This document shows, piece after piece, positions 8,923 through 22,929 of a stretch of DNA of 64,000 nt. Origin of the DNA: an uncultured Chloroflexia bacterium (GTDB lineage: Bacteria > Chloroflexota > Limnocylindria > Limnocylindrales > CSP1-4); NCBI GenBank assembly GCA_963749705.1, contig CAVVNQ010000018.1, positions 90,195-154,194 on the forward strand, read 5' to 3'. A program made the position numbers and the translations under genes. Position 1 is the first letter of the stretch; every line of letters begins with the position of its first letter. Under the pieces are notes generated by a model, which saw only the letters and a program-made list of their open reading frames with translations, had not been told where the DNA came from and ran no database searches.

Positions 8923-10401
8923 TCAGGGTTGAGCGGGCGCCTCGCCCACCGCGACGCCGAGATGACGCGCCGAATCGAACCCGAACAGCACGATGCGTCC
9001 GCCGATCGCGCCCACGGCCTGCACCTGGTTGCCAGGCAGGACGGAGGCGATGTCGAGCCGGCTCCAGGCGAGGCCGTTGGGCGAGTGCCACGCGACGCCG
9101 GTTCCGTCCTGCGAGACCCCCGCCGCAATGAACTCGGAACCAAGCCACGTGACGTTGAGGACGCGTCCGGCGACATCCGGCGGGGTTGGGGACGTCTGCC
9201 ACGCTCGTCCGTCGGCCGAAACCCACGAACGCCCCAGGCCCTGGTCATCGCCGACAGCAACGTAGCCGTCCGGGCTGGCCGCGATCGCTCGGATCGACGC
9301 GCTCGTCGAGGGGATCGCGCCCGGAAGCCGAGCCCAGGTCGTGCCGTCGACGGAGAGCCAGACGCTGGGCTCGATGCCTGTGTCGCCGACCGCCACCAGG
9401 CCCGCAGGCCCGTCGGTCACCGCCTGCATCGTGCCGCCGGCGAACTCGGGGCTGGTCGGGTCGTTGAACGTCCAGTCCGTCCCATCACGGGACGTCGCGA
9501 CGACGGCACCAGCAGGCGTCGACGCGGCCCCAAGGTCGCCGTTGGTCGTGCGCATGTCCCCGACGAGCACAAAGCCGGGGCCGCCGGCCGCGAGATCGGT
9601 GAAGAACGAAACGGCGCCTGCGCCGAATGGAGGATCGATCAATACGGACCGCCAGAGGCCGCTGGACGACGGTGCGCTGCATGTCACGCACGTCCGGGCA
9701 CCTTCGGCCAGCCAGACGCGGAACGTCGGGGTGGCAACGTGCGGGTCGATCCTCAGGGTGCCGAGCGTGCCGTCGAGCCTCGCAGGTGCCATGCCCAACA
9801 CGGCAAGCGCGTCGTCGTGGGCCGCGACATCGATGGCGGCGAAATTGGCGAACGTCGAGTCCGCGGGCAGCTGCCGCCAGGTGCGTCCATCCGCCGACAA
9901 CCAGACCCCGGCGGCTCCCCACGAGCCGGCCGCGATCGCATTCGTCGGCCCGGGGATCCCGCCGACGGCGGCGAGCTGGCCACTGGCGACGCCGACGCGC
10001 AGGATCAGCCCACCGTTGAACGCCGCGATCCCGCCAAGGCGGCTCCAAGTGTAGGCGGACAGCTGTTGCGGCCCTGCGACCGGCGCGGTGGTGACCCAGC
10101 CAAGTCGAGCCAGGACCGCAAACACCATGACCGCGGCCGCGGCAATGGGCAGGAGCCATCCAAGGCTCGGTCGCGGCGCAGGTCTGGTTGCGGCGTCGAT
10201 GACGGCCAGCCGAACGCGATCGGGTGCCCCGATGGTGCGCCGAGACCGAACGAGGGCTTGATCAGCCCGCAGGTCCGCGGCGTACCGCCGACAGTCCAGG
10301 CACCCGCGAGCGTGCGCCGCGAGCTGCTGCGCCTCGTCGGTCGACAGGGCGAAATCCAGCGCGGTCGCCGATAGCTCCCGGAATCTGCGGTGCTCGTTCA
10401 T
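8923..10401 (-). CDS. ZAS anti-sigma factor with TM helix and extracellular Asp-box propeller
   Basis: HARGCLDC (HxxxCxxC), one TM helix, five SxDGxxW-type repeats; ATGA overlap with the sigma factor stop. Confidence 0.8.
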   Translation of the reverse strand: MNEHRRFRELSATALDFALSTDEAQQLAAHARGCLDCRRYAADLRADQALVRSRRTIGAPDRVRLAVIDAATRPAPRPSLGWLLPIAAAAVMVFAVLARLGWVTTAPVAGPQQLSAYTWSRLGGIAAFNGGLILRVGVASGQLAAVGGIPGPTNAIAAGSWGAAGVWLSADGRTWRQLPADSTFANFAAIDVAAHDDALAVLGMAPARLDGTLGTLRIDPHVATPTFRVWLAEGARTCVTCSAPSSSGLWRSVLIDPPFGAGAVSFFTDLAAGGPGFVLVGDMRTTNGDLGAASTPAGAVVATSRDGTDWTFNDPTSPEFAGGTMQAVTDGPAGLVAVGDTGIEPSVWLSVDGTTWARLPGAIPSTSASIRAIAASPDGYVAVGDDQGLGRSWVSADGRAWQTSPTPPDVAGRVLNVTWLGSEFIAAGVSQDGTGVAWHSPNGLAWSRLDIASVLPGNQVQAVGAIGGRIVLFGFDSARHLGVAVGEAPAQP

Positions 10402-10940
10402 CCTGTCGCCTCGCCTTGCAGATGCCGCCGGAGGTCGCGCCGCGCCCGCCACAGCAATGTCCTGGTCGCACCCTCGCTGCGCCGGATGATTCGGGCCACC
10501 TCCTGTCCGGAGTAGCCATCGCCGGCCAACAACAGCGCCATCCGGGATTCGACCGGCAGCATGGCCAGGGCATCCGCCAGCGCCGTCCTGCGCTCGCGCC
10601 GCACAAGGTCGTCCTCAGGGGACGCCACGGTGCCGCGACTCACGAACAGCTGTTGCCACCTCTCGGCCGTCAGGCGTCGGCGGGCATGGCTGCGGGCGAG
10701 GTTCACGACCACCCGATACAGCCACGCTCGAGCATTGTCCGGAAACCGGCCGGCGTGGGATTCGCGAACGAGCCGCAGGAACGCTTCCTGGACCAGGTCC
10801 TCCGCCGCCGCGTGGTTGCGCGTGACCGCCAGGCTGAACGTGAACAGGTCCCGCTCGTTCGCGTCGTAGGCGGCAACGAGTGCGGCGGCACGATCGGCCT
10901 GGGACACATCCGCCCCTGCCCGTCGGTTGTCCACGAGCAT
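10398..10940 (-). CDS. ECF RNA polymerase sigma factor
   Basis: AEDLVQEAFLRL, RAWLYRVVVN, GYSGQEVARII..SEGATRTLLWRAR; start uncertain. Confidence 0.92.
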   Translation of the reverse strand: MLVDNRRAGADVSQADRAAALVAAYDANERDLFTFSLAVTRNHAAAEDLVQEAFLRLVRESHAGRFPDNARAWLYRVVVNLARSHARRRLTAERWQQLFVSRGTVASPEDDLVRRERRTALADALAMLPVESRMALLLAGDGYSGQEVARIIRRSEGATRTLLWRARRDLRRHLQGEATG

Positions 10941-11009
10941 CTGGCTCCGTTCCAACGGTCTCCAGCTCCGCCCACTGCACGGTCCAGGCACCACGCATGC
11001 CTCGTATCC

Positions 11010-11090
11010 CACGACGCGATGGTTGGCCGATTGTCACATCAGGGCAACGGGCCGCGCCCGTCGTGACAAACCGACGGTCGCCGCGTCGTG
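11010..11090. promoter_or_regulatory. Two divergent ECF-type promoters GTGACAA-N13-GCGTCGTG
   Basis: Same bipartite motif on - strand (11037->11010) and + strand (11063->11090). Confidence 0.7.
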
Positions 11091-11141
11091 CGTGGCATGG
11101 GTGTCGCAATTCTGCGGCCGGCGAGATGGGAGGGAGCAGCA

Positions 11142-11510
11142 ATGGACGAGCGAATGACGTCGGGATCTGACCCGGTCGGGTGGCGTCGTGCTGGGCTCGG
11201 GTCGCGACGAGCCGCCGGGATCGCCGCGGCGGTGGTGATTGCCACGATCGCGGTTGTCGCTTCGCCCGCGACGCAGCCGACGCACGGCGGGCAGGTGGCG
11301 ACCACGCCACTCCTGGTCGGCGAGCACAGTGCGCTCGGACCGCGCCAGGTCGAGGCGATCAACCGGGCGATCGCCTCGATGCAGCAGCTTCGCGGAGAAC
11401 ACGCGGGGATCGCCTTTGCCGAGTACGAAGCCGAGTCGGCCAGCGTGAGATTGCATCTCCGCCGCGCGGCGGCAGGTCCGGGCGACGTCGCCGGCGATCC
11501 GTCGCCCTGA
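11142..11510 (+). CDS. Small membrane-anchored or secreted hypothetical protein
   Basis: GGAGGGAG SD; hydrophobic AAGIAAAVVIATIAVVA segment; downstream of ECF-type promoter. Confidence 0.55.
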   Translation: MDERMTSGSDPVGWRRAGLGSRRAAGIAAAVVIATIAVVASPATQPTHGGQVATTPLLVGEHSALGPRQVEAINRAIASMQQLRGEHAGIAFAEYEAESASVRLHLRRAAAGPGDVAGDPSP

Positions 11511-11654
11511 GGTAGATGCCCCGGACCGCGGGCGCGCGCGTGGTTCATGCGGCGCGATCCGGTGCGTCCGGGATCGCCGCGGCCGGACCCGTCGCTTCGT
11601 GGCCAGCCGGCGGCCGCTCCGGCACCCGCCCCGGATCGGAGGCATCCTGTGGGC

Positions 11655-12596
11655 ATGAAGCCCTGGTTCGGTCTCCACCATCCCAACTACACGTTTCCAG
11701 ACACCCCGACGGAGCGGCTGTTCGACCGCATCGTCGAGCAGGCGCAGGCGGCCGAGGCGGCGGGGTTCAGCCTCGTCACCGTGATGGACCATCTCAACCA
11801 GATCCCGGGGTTCGGTCCCCAGACCGAGCCGATGCTCGAAGGTTGGTCGACGCTCGCGGCCCTCGCCCGCGAGACGAAGACGGCGCGGCTCGGCACGCTG
11901 GTCAGCGGCGTCACCTACCGCAACCCCGCCCTGATGGCCAAGATGGCGACGACGCTCGATGTCCTGTCGGGTGGCCGGGCCGTGTTCGGGCTGGGCGCGG
12001 CCTGGTTCGAGGCGGAGCATCTCGCGCTGGGCTTCGACTTCCCGCCCATCGGCGAGCGGATGGACCGCCTGGACGAGGCGCTGACGATCGTCAAGGCGAT
12101 GTTCACCGAGGAGCGTCCGACGTTCCACGGCCGGCACTACCGGATCGACGAGGCGCTCAACGTGCCCCGGCCGATCCAGCCGGGTGGGCCGCGGATCCTG
12201 GTCGGCGGCGTCGGCGAGCGGCGCACGCTCCGGATCGCGGCCCGGCACGCGGACATGACCCACTGGTTCCCGCTGGGGCTGGACGGGCTGGCGCACAAGA
12301 CCGAGGTCCTCGCCCGGCATTGCGAGGAGATCGGCCGCGATCCGGCGACGATCGAGCGGACGATGGCGTCCCCGGTGATGGTGGCCGCGACCGAGGCGGA
12401 GGCGAAGGCGATGCGCGAGCGCATCCCGCCGGCACAGCGCGACCATCACGTCGTGGGCACGCTGCCGCAGGCCGCGGACGCGCTCCGGCCGTACCTCGAC
12501 GCCGGGTTCACCGGGTTCACGTTCCGCAACAACGAGCTGACCACCCTGGACTCGATCGCGGTCGCGGGCGAGCTGCTTCGGCTCATCGGAGGATAG
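11655..12596 (+). CDS. LLM-class flavin/F420-dependent oxidoreductase
   Basis: VMDH, EGWSTLAALA, LVSGVTYRNP, TLDVLSGGR, GGVGERRTLR. Confidence 0.9.
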   Translation: MKPWFGLHHPNYTFPDTPTERLFDRIVEQAQAAEAAGFSLVTVMDHLNQIPGFGPQTEPMLEGWSTLAALARETKTARLGTLVSGVTYRNPALMAKMATTLDVLSGGRAVFGLGAAWFEAEHLALGFDFPPIGERMDRLDEALTIVKAMFTEERPTFHGRHYRIDEALNVPRPIQPGGPRILVGGVGERRTLRIAARHADMTHWFPLGLDGLAHKTEVLARHCEEIGRDPATIERTMASPVMVAATEAEAKAMRERIPPAQRDHHVVGTLPQAADALRPYLDAGFTGFTFRNNELTTLDSIAVAGELLRLIGG

Positions 12597-12647
12597 GGTC
12601 GGCATCCTGACCCGTTCCGCGCCGGACGGACCGGGCATCATCTCCAG

Positions 12648-14075
12648 GTGACCGCGCCTGCCGACACCCGCCACCTCCCGCCGCGCACCGCCGACCTGTT
12701 CGTCCCCGGGCTCCGCGGCCTGACCCTGGGCCTGGTGTCCACGATCACGCTGGTCGCGCTCGAGTCGCTCGCGATCGGCACCGTGATGCCGCTGGTCGCC
12801 GACGAGCTGGGCGATCTCCAGCTCTACGGCTGGGTGTTCTCCGCGTTCTTCCTGGGCAACCTGATCGGGGTCGTGGTCGCCGGTGGTGCGCTCGACCGGA
12901 TGCCGCTGGGGCGTCCGTTCGCGATCGGGCTCGCGCTGTTCGCGACCGGTCTCCTGGTCGGGGGGCTCGCCCAGTCGATGCCGATGCTCGTGGGCGCCCG
13001 GTTCGTCCAGGGCCTGGGCGGCGGCGCGGTGGCCCCGACGGCATATGTCGCCATCGGCCGGTGCCTGCCGGAGCGGCTCCAGCCGCAGATGTTCGCCATG
13101 CTGTCCGCCGCGTGGATCGCGCCCGGCGTCATCGGGCCGTCGATCGCGGCGGTCGTCGGCGAGGGCCCCGGCTGGCGCTGGGTGTTCCTGGGGCTGCTGC
13201 CGCTGCTCGCGGTCGCCGGCGGCCTCGCGCTGTCCGCGCTCCGCCACGTCCCGGCCGCGGCGCCACCCGGGGAGCACGCGGCGGCGGCCGCCACGATCCG
13301 CCGCCTGCCCAACGCCCTGCTGGCCGCCGCCGGGGCGGGCATCCTGGTCGCCTCGATCACCGCCGAGGACGCACGGCTCCTGGTCGCGGGGTCCGTGGTC
13401 GGGGTGGTCCTGCTCGTCCCCGCGTTCCGCCGGCTCACGCCGGCGGGCACGCTCGCGCTGGTCGCCGGCGTCCCGGCCGCGGTCCTCCTCCGGGGCGTCC
13501 TGACCTTTGCCTTCTTCGGCGGCGACGCCTACCTGCCGCTCCTGCTCCAGACGTGGCGCGACACCCCGGCCACGCTGACGGGCGTCGTGTTCACCGCGAC
13601 CACGGTCGCCTGGTCGGCGGGCACCTGGTTCCAGGCACGTCGGATCGACCGCGCCGGCCCGCGCCGGTTCATCGCGATCGGCTTTGCGCTCGTCGCGCTG
13701 GGCTCGCTGCTGACCCTGCTCGCGGTCGCGCCCGGCGTGCCGCCGGAGATCTCGATCGTGACCTGGGCCCTCACCGGCATCGGGATGGGCTTTGCCTACT
13801 CGGCGCTCACGCTGGTCGTGCTCCGCCGGTCCCCCCCGGCCGAGCAGGGCTCGGCGTCGTCCGCGCTGCAGCTCTCGGACATCCTGGGCACGGCGCTGGG
13901 CGCGGGCGTGGGTGGCGCGATCACCGCGATCGGGGAGCGGAGCGGGGGCGACGGACTCGGCTGGGCGCTGGGGGTCGTGTTCGTGATGACGGTCGCGGTG
14001 GCGCTCGCCGGCCTGCTGGCCTCGCGACGTGTCGGTGCGACCGTCCGGGAGGGGCGTTCGGCTGCGGTAGACTAG
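12648..14075 (+). CDS. MFS transporter
   Basis: About 14 hydrophobic helices; YGWVFSAFFLG, GARFVQGLGGG. Confidence 0.9.
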   Translation: MTAPADTRHLPPRTADLFVPGLRGLTLGLVSTITLVALESLAIGTVMPLVADELGDLQLYGWVFSAFFLGNLIGVVVAGGALDRMPLGRPFAIGLALFATGLLVGGLAQSMPMLVGARFVQGLGGGAVAPTAYVAIGRCLPERLQPQMFAMLSAAWIAPGVIGPSIAAVVGEGPGWRWVFLGLLPLLAVAGGLALSALRHVPAAAPPGEHAAAAATIRRLPNALLAAAGAGILVASITAEDARLLVAGSVVGVVLLVPAFRRLTPAGTLALVAGVPAAVLLRGVLTFAFFGGDAYLPLLLQTWRDTPATLTGVVFTATTVAWSAGTWFQARRIDRAGPRRFIAIGFALVALGSLLTLLAVAPGVPPEISIVTWALTGIGMGFAYSALTLVVLRRSPPAEQGSASSALQLSDILGTALGAGVGGAITAIGERSGGDGLGWALGVVFVMTVAVALAGLLASRRVGATVREGRSAAVD

Positions 14076-14144
14076 CCCCGGCATGACCGCCGGACGCCTG
14101 GCGCAGCCGATGTCGCGCCGTCACCACCGGAGGATCCTGAACCC

Positions 14145-14666
14145 ATGTCCGCCGAGACGCTTCGCGCGAAGATCCGCGAGATCCCCGACTTCCCGAAGCC
14201 CGGCATCCTGTTCTACGACATCACGACCGTCCTCAAGGACCCGGCCGCGTACAAGGACGCGATCGACCTCATGCTCGAGCCCTACCGGGACGACAAGATC
14301 GACATCGTGGTCGGGATGGAGTCGCGCGGGTTCATCTTCTCGGCGCCCATGGCCTACCAGCTCGGAACCGGCCTCGTCCCGGTGCGCAAGCTGGGCAAGC
14401 TGCCGGCCGAGACGCTCACCGTCGAGTACGCGCTGGAGTACGGGTCCAACACGCTCGAGATCCACCGCGATGCGATCAGCCCCGGCCAGCGCGTGCTGAT
14501 CGTTGACGACCTGCTGGCGACCGGCGGCACGGTCCGCGGCACGATCGACCTCGTCGAGCGGCTCAAGGGCGAGGTCGTCGGCCTCGGGTTCCTGGTCGAG
14601 CTCGACTTCCTCAAGGGTCGCGACCGTCTCGACGGCCGCCGCGTGACGAGCGTCATCCGGTACTGA
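14145..14666 (+). CDS. apt: Adenine phosphoribosyltransferase
   Basis: IPDFPKPGILFYDIT, ESRGFIF, RKLGKLP, VLIVDDLLATGGT. Confidence 0.97.
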   Translation: MSAETLRAKIREIPDFPKPGILFYDITTVLKDPAAYKDAIDLMLEPYRDDKIDIVVGMESRGFIFSAPMAYQLGTGLVPVRKLGKLPAETLTVEYALEYGSNTLEIHRDAISPGQRVLIVDDLLATGGTVRGTIDLVERLKGEVVGLGFLVELDFLKGRDRLDGRRVTSVIRY

Positions 14667-14719
14667 CCGAGCGGCATCGCGCGACGCCGCGCCGGCCGCA
14701 CGGTGACCCCAACGGCCCG

Positions 14720-16161
14720 ATGACGGATCAACCCGACCAGCCACCCGCTCCGCCCCCGGATCCCGACCGGCGACGCTTCTTCCGCGCGTTTGCCGGCGAC
14801 GTGTTCTCGTCGGTCGGGTCGGTCCTGGGCGCGGCCCAGATGCTCCAGCAGCAGTCGGCGGAGGCCGCGCGCGAGCTGCTCAGCGTCGCCGAGCCGACGG
14901 CGGCTGCGCCGGGCGGTGCCGCCGCCCGCCCGATCGAGATCGACGCCTCGACGGCGGGCTTCCGGGCGCCGTTCCGATGGGACGCGGACGCCGACGTGTG
15001 CTGGGTGGTCGACCAGCGCCGGCTGCCCGACGTGCTCGCGGAGATCGAGGTCCGGGGCGCTGCCGACGGGGTCAACGCGATCAACGACGGCGCGGTCGCC
15101 GGGTCGACCGTCCAGGCGCAGGTCGCCGTCGCGGCCCTGGCGATCGTGGCGAGCCGGGCGCGGAGCTCGCGACCGTTCGCGCGCCGGGCGACGATCCGCG
15201 GGGCCGCGAACGCGTTCCGCCTCACCCGCCCGGGTTCGGCTGCCGTGGCTGCCGCCGTCGATCGGATGGTGGCCCGCCTGGAGCTGTTCACGCACGACGC
15301 CGAGGGCGACGACGTCGCGGCTGCGCTGCGTGCCGAGGCCGAGGCGATCGTGTTCGAGGCGACCGAGGACCACGGCAGGCTGGTGGAGCACGGCCTCAGC
15401 GCGCTGCCGGACACGGCCGACGCGACGCTCCGCGTGCTGACCTTCGGCACCACGGGCCCGATGGGCAGCGGCCAGTGCGGGACGGCCATCGGGGTCATCC
15501 AGGCGGCGCACCACGCCGGTCGTCCGATCCATGCCCTGGTGAGCGAGACGCGGCCGCGCTTCGACGGTGCCCGGATCGCCGCCTGGGAGCTGGGGCAGGC
15601 GGGCGTCGGGTACTCGATCGTGACCGATGCGGCCGCCCCCGGCTGCATCGCCGCCGGCGAGGTGGACGCGGTGCTCGTCACGGCGGACCGCATCGCGGCC
15701 AACGGCGACGTGCTCGCGCCCGCCGGGACGTACCCGCTGGCCCTGGCGGCTGCGGCGGCGGGCGTGCCGTTCCTGGTCCTCAGCGCCACGACCGCGATCG
15801 ACCCGGCCACGGCGACCGGCGCGGACGCGTCGATCGAAGAGGGGCGCCCGGGGCCGATCCTGCGCGCCGCCGGAACCAGGATCGTGCCCGAGGGCAGCCA
15901 GGTCCGGAACCCCGTCCAGGACCTGACGCCGGCCGCGCTGGTCACGGCGCTGGTCACCGAGGAGGGCGTGCTCCGTCCGCCGTTCGGCGAGCCGGTCGCT
16001 GCCGCCTGTGCCGCGGCATCCGCCCGCCGCGCGGCATCACTGGGCTTTGCGGCCCTGGCGTCCAAGGCGGCCGCGGCGGAGGACGCGGTGGCCGAGGCAC
16101 CACCCCCGTCCGAGGCGACGACGGCAGCGCCTCCCGACCCCGGCCCGGAGGCGATCGGCTG

Positions 16162-16162
<1 letters not shown>
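14720..16162 (+). CDS. MtnA/eIF2B-family protein with degenerate active site
   Basis: DQRRLP, ETRPRFDGARIAAWEL, ADRIAANGD, GTYPLA, DLTPAALV present; RGAP, THCN and NKIG motifs altered. Confidence 0.8.
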
Positions 16163-20377
<4,215 letters not shown>

Positions 20378-20456
20378 CGATCGGGCCGAGCGGCGCGACC
20401 CGGGCCGGGTGGTACGCTCCCCCTCGCATCAACGCACGGCGCAGGTCGGGAGCAGC

Positions 20457-21686
20457 ATGAGCATCGTCGACGCAGATCACTACCTGTTCACGTCCGAGTC
20501 CGTGACCGAGGGTCACCCGGACAAGATGTGCGACCAGATCTCGGACGCCATCCTGGACGCGATCATCCGCGACGACCCCTATGCCCGCGTCGCGTGCGAG
20601 ACCGCGACGACGACCGGCCTGGTGCTCGTGCTGGGCGAGATCTCGACCTCGACCTACATCGACTTCCAGTCGATCGTGCGCGACACCGTCCGCGACATCG
20701 GCTACACGAAGGCCGAGTACGGCTTCGACTACCTGACCTGCGGGACGCTGGTGAGCGTCAAGGAGCAGTCGAGCGACATCGCGCTGGGGGTCGACGCCGC
20801 GCTCGAGGTCCGCTCGGACGCCGCCCCTGCCCACGAGCTGGGTGCCGGCGACCAGGGAATGATGTTCGGCTATGCCTGCCGCGAGACGCCGGAGCTGATG
20901 CCGCTGCCGATCGCGCTCGCGCACCGGATGGCCCGCCGCCTGGCCGAGGTCCGCAAGTCCGGCCAGCTGCCGTACCTCCGTCCCGACGGCAAGACCCAGG
21001 TCACCGTCGAGTACGAGCGCGGCGTGCCCAAGCGGGTGCGGACCGTGGTCGTCGCGTCGCAGCACGATCCGGACGTCCGCGCGGAGCGGATCCGATCCGA
21101 CATCGTGCAGTACGTGATCCTGCCCTCGATCCCCGAGGACCTGCGTCCGGTGGACCCGGTGATGCACGTCAATGCCACGGGTCGCTTCGTCACCGGCGGC
21201 CCGATGGGTGATGCGGGGCTGACCGGCCGCAAGATCATCGTCGACTCCTACGGCGGCATGGCCCGTCACGGCGGCGGTGCCTTCTCGGGCAAGGACCCGA
21301 CGAAGGTGGACCGCTCCGCCTCCTACGCGGCGCGCTGGGTGGCCAAGAACGTCGTCGCCGCCGGCCTCGCGGACCGGTTCGAGCTCGAGCTCGCGTACGG
21401 CATCGGGATCGCCCGTCCCATCTCGCTCTCGATCGAGACGTTCGGGACCGGCCGGGTGGACGACACGGTGATCCAGCAGCTCGTCGAGCGCCACTTCGAC
21501 CTCCGGCCGGCATCGATCATCGCGGCGCTCGACCTGCGACGGCCGATCTACCGCCAGACGGCCTCGTACGGCCACTTCGGACGCGTCGACCTCGACCTGC
21601 CCTGGGAGCGCACGGACAAGGCGCTCGCCCTGGCCGCCGACGCCGGGCTGCCCGAGCCCGAGCTGGCGGAGGTCGTGACCGCCTAA
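20457..21686 (+). CDS. metK: S-adenosylmethionine synthetase
   Basis: [35 protein letters not shown]; ATG 20457 after GGGAG. Confidence 0.98.
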   Translation: MSIVDADHYLFTSESVTEGHPDKMCDQISDAILDAIIRDDPYARVACETATTTGLVLVLGEISTSTYIDFQSIVRDTVRDIGYTKAEYGFDYLTCGTLVSVKEQSSDIALGVDAALEVRSDAAPAHELGAGDQGMMFGYACRETPELMPLPIALAHRMARRLAEVRKSGQLPYLRPDGKTQVTVEYERGVPKRVRTVVVASQHDPDVRAERIRSDIVQYVILPSIPEDLRPVDPVMHVNATGRFVTGGPMGDAGLTGRKIIVDSYGGMARHGGGAFSGKDPTKVDRSASYAARWVAKNVVAAGLADRFELELAYGIGIARPISLSIETFGTGRVDDTVIQQLVERHFDLRPASIIAALDLRRPIYRQTASYGHFGRVDLDLPWERTDKALALAADAGLPEPELAEVVTA

Positions 21687-21754
21687 CGCAGGACTGACCC
21701 CCACTACTATCTCGCCGAAGTCCGTTTACGCCCAGCGGGTATCACTTGGGCCGC

Positions 21755-21795
21755 GAGCCTGTAGCTCAGTGGATAGAGCGTCGGCCTCCGGAGCC
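21755..21795 (+). tRNA. 5' fragment of tRNA-Arg(CCG); T-arm and 3' acceptor strand missing
   Basis: GAGCCTG-TA-GCTC-AGTGGATA-GAGC-G-TCGGC-CT-CCG-GA-GCC; no TTCGA loop or CAGGCTC follows. Confidence 0.8.
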
Positions 21796-22413
21796 TGACG
21801 GCCCTCCTCCATAGAGAGCGTTGTGGCCGGTCGAGCGGGACCCGAGCGATTTGAGCGGAGTCTCACGCTCCATTGCCGGTCCATGGAGCACCCGCTGTCG
21901 GTGGCCGCCGATCGCGGTTCCGGTCGCCGACCGAGTGCCCCGATTCCCTGCCAATTGATCCTGCCGATGCTTGCGACGCCCGCGCCCCCCTTCCGCTGCG
22001 ACCAGCAACCCGGGCGAGACTGGGCGCTCGACACTAATCTCGGCTTCGGTACAACCAATCAATGGTCTACGGATGCGTGCGCCCGAGGCTCCGAGATATG
22101 TACCAGCTGGCGCTATTGATCCGGCGTCAGCCTCGGTGTAGCCTTGCTGGGGCAGGGTCCTTCGGACCAGCCGGCGGGGAGGATGTCGTCTCGTGGAATG
22201 GGGGATCCTGGAGACTCGCCGAACGTACGGTGACACCAACGGACGACCCGTTCGAGCGCCCCTCGCATGGTGGCGCGGGATCTCCCCCCGAGTCATCTCG
22301 AGCAGTCCCTCCGGTGCCCGCCATCGTGGGCGTCATGATGCTCGTTGTTCCGTTCGCGTTCCGACACGTTCCCGAGTCCCTGAAGGTGACCCTGAAGCCG
22401 CGGGAGGTCGCCA

Positions 22414-22914
22414 GTGATTTCCCGACGAATGATTGCCATACGTTCGTTCGGAGTCGCACGCGCCTTGGCACTCGCCCTAGGATGCGCCCTGCTGATTGCT
22501 GCATGTGCCGGTGACGTCGGCCCGTATCGTTCGGCGGTTGAGGGGTTGCCGTTGCCCTCGGCGTGGCAGGTGACGAAGACGGTCACCCGAGGCAACGGAG
22601 GCGAGACCGGATGCGTTCAGATAGCGGACTTCATGTGCCCATCGGTGACGCGCTACTTCAGCGTCCCAGGCAACCTGCCGGATCTCTACCAGCAGGCCCG
22701 GGCGGCTCTCGCGAAGACCGGATTCAGCGACGTCCAGGACAATGCCCCGAACTGCGATTGGCCCACCTACGGTGGGCCTGTCTGCTCTCTTCGCGCAACA
22801 CAGGACGACGTGCAGATCCAGATCAACCTGTATCCGTCAGATCAGGACGTCGACGGGCTCGGGATTGCCACTCCGGGGCAGCCCACCGTGCGGATCATTG
22901 CTCAGCATCGGTGA
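22414..22914 (+). CDS. Hypothetical lipoprotein
   Basis: GGAGG SD; signal peptide ending LLIAAC; four further Cys. Confidence 0.7.
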   Translation: MISRRMIAIRSFGVARALALALGCALLIAACAGDVGPYRSAVEGLPLPSAWQVTKTVTRGNGGETGCVQIADFMCPSVTRYFSVPGNLPDLYQQARAALAKTGFSDVQDNAPNCDWPTYGGPVCSLRATQDDVQIQINLYPSDQDVDGLGIATPGQPTVRIIAQHR

Positions 22915-22929
22915 TAGGGAGGGGAGACT

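Noticed and set aside
8739-8925. Possible gene remnant starting VTDDPAQLHAVELALASRHESAI, coupled to the NUDIX stop
   Set aside because: The coding signal fades within ~25 codons and cannot be assigned without a search
14762-14830. Tat export signal on the MtnA-like protein
   Set aside because: RRRFF is present, but the following segment is only weakly hydrophobic, contains Asp and has no clear cleavage site
22215-22400. c-di-AMP (ydaO) riboswitch
   Set aside because: Only loose resemblance at CGCCGAA and TCCCGAGTCCC; the central GGGG..AATC and CAGCTAAC cores are absent
21796-22400. Intron-split tRNA-Arg
   Set aside because: No 3' exon with a TTCGA loop and matching acceptor strand, and no recognisable group I core
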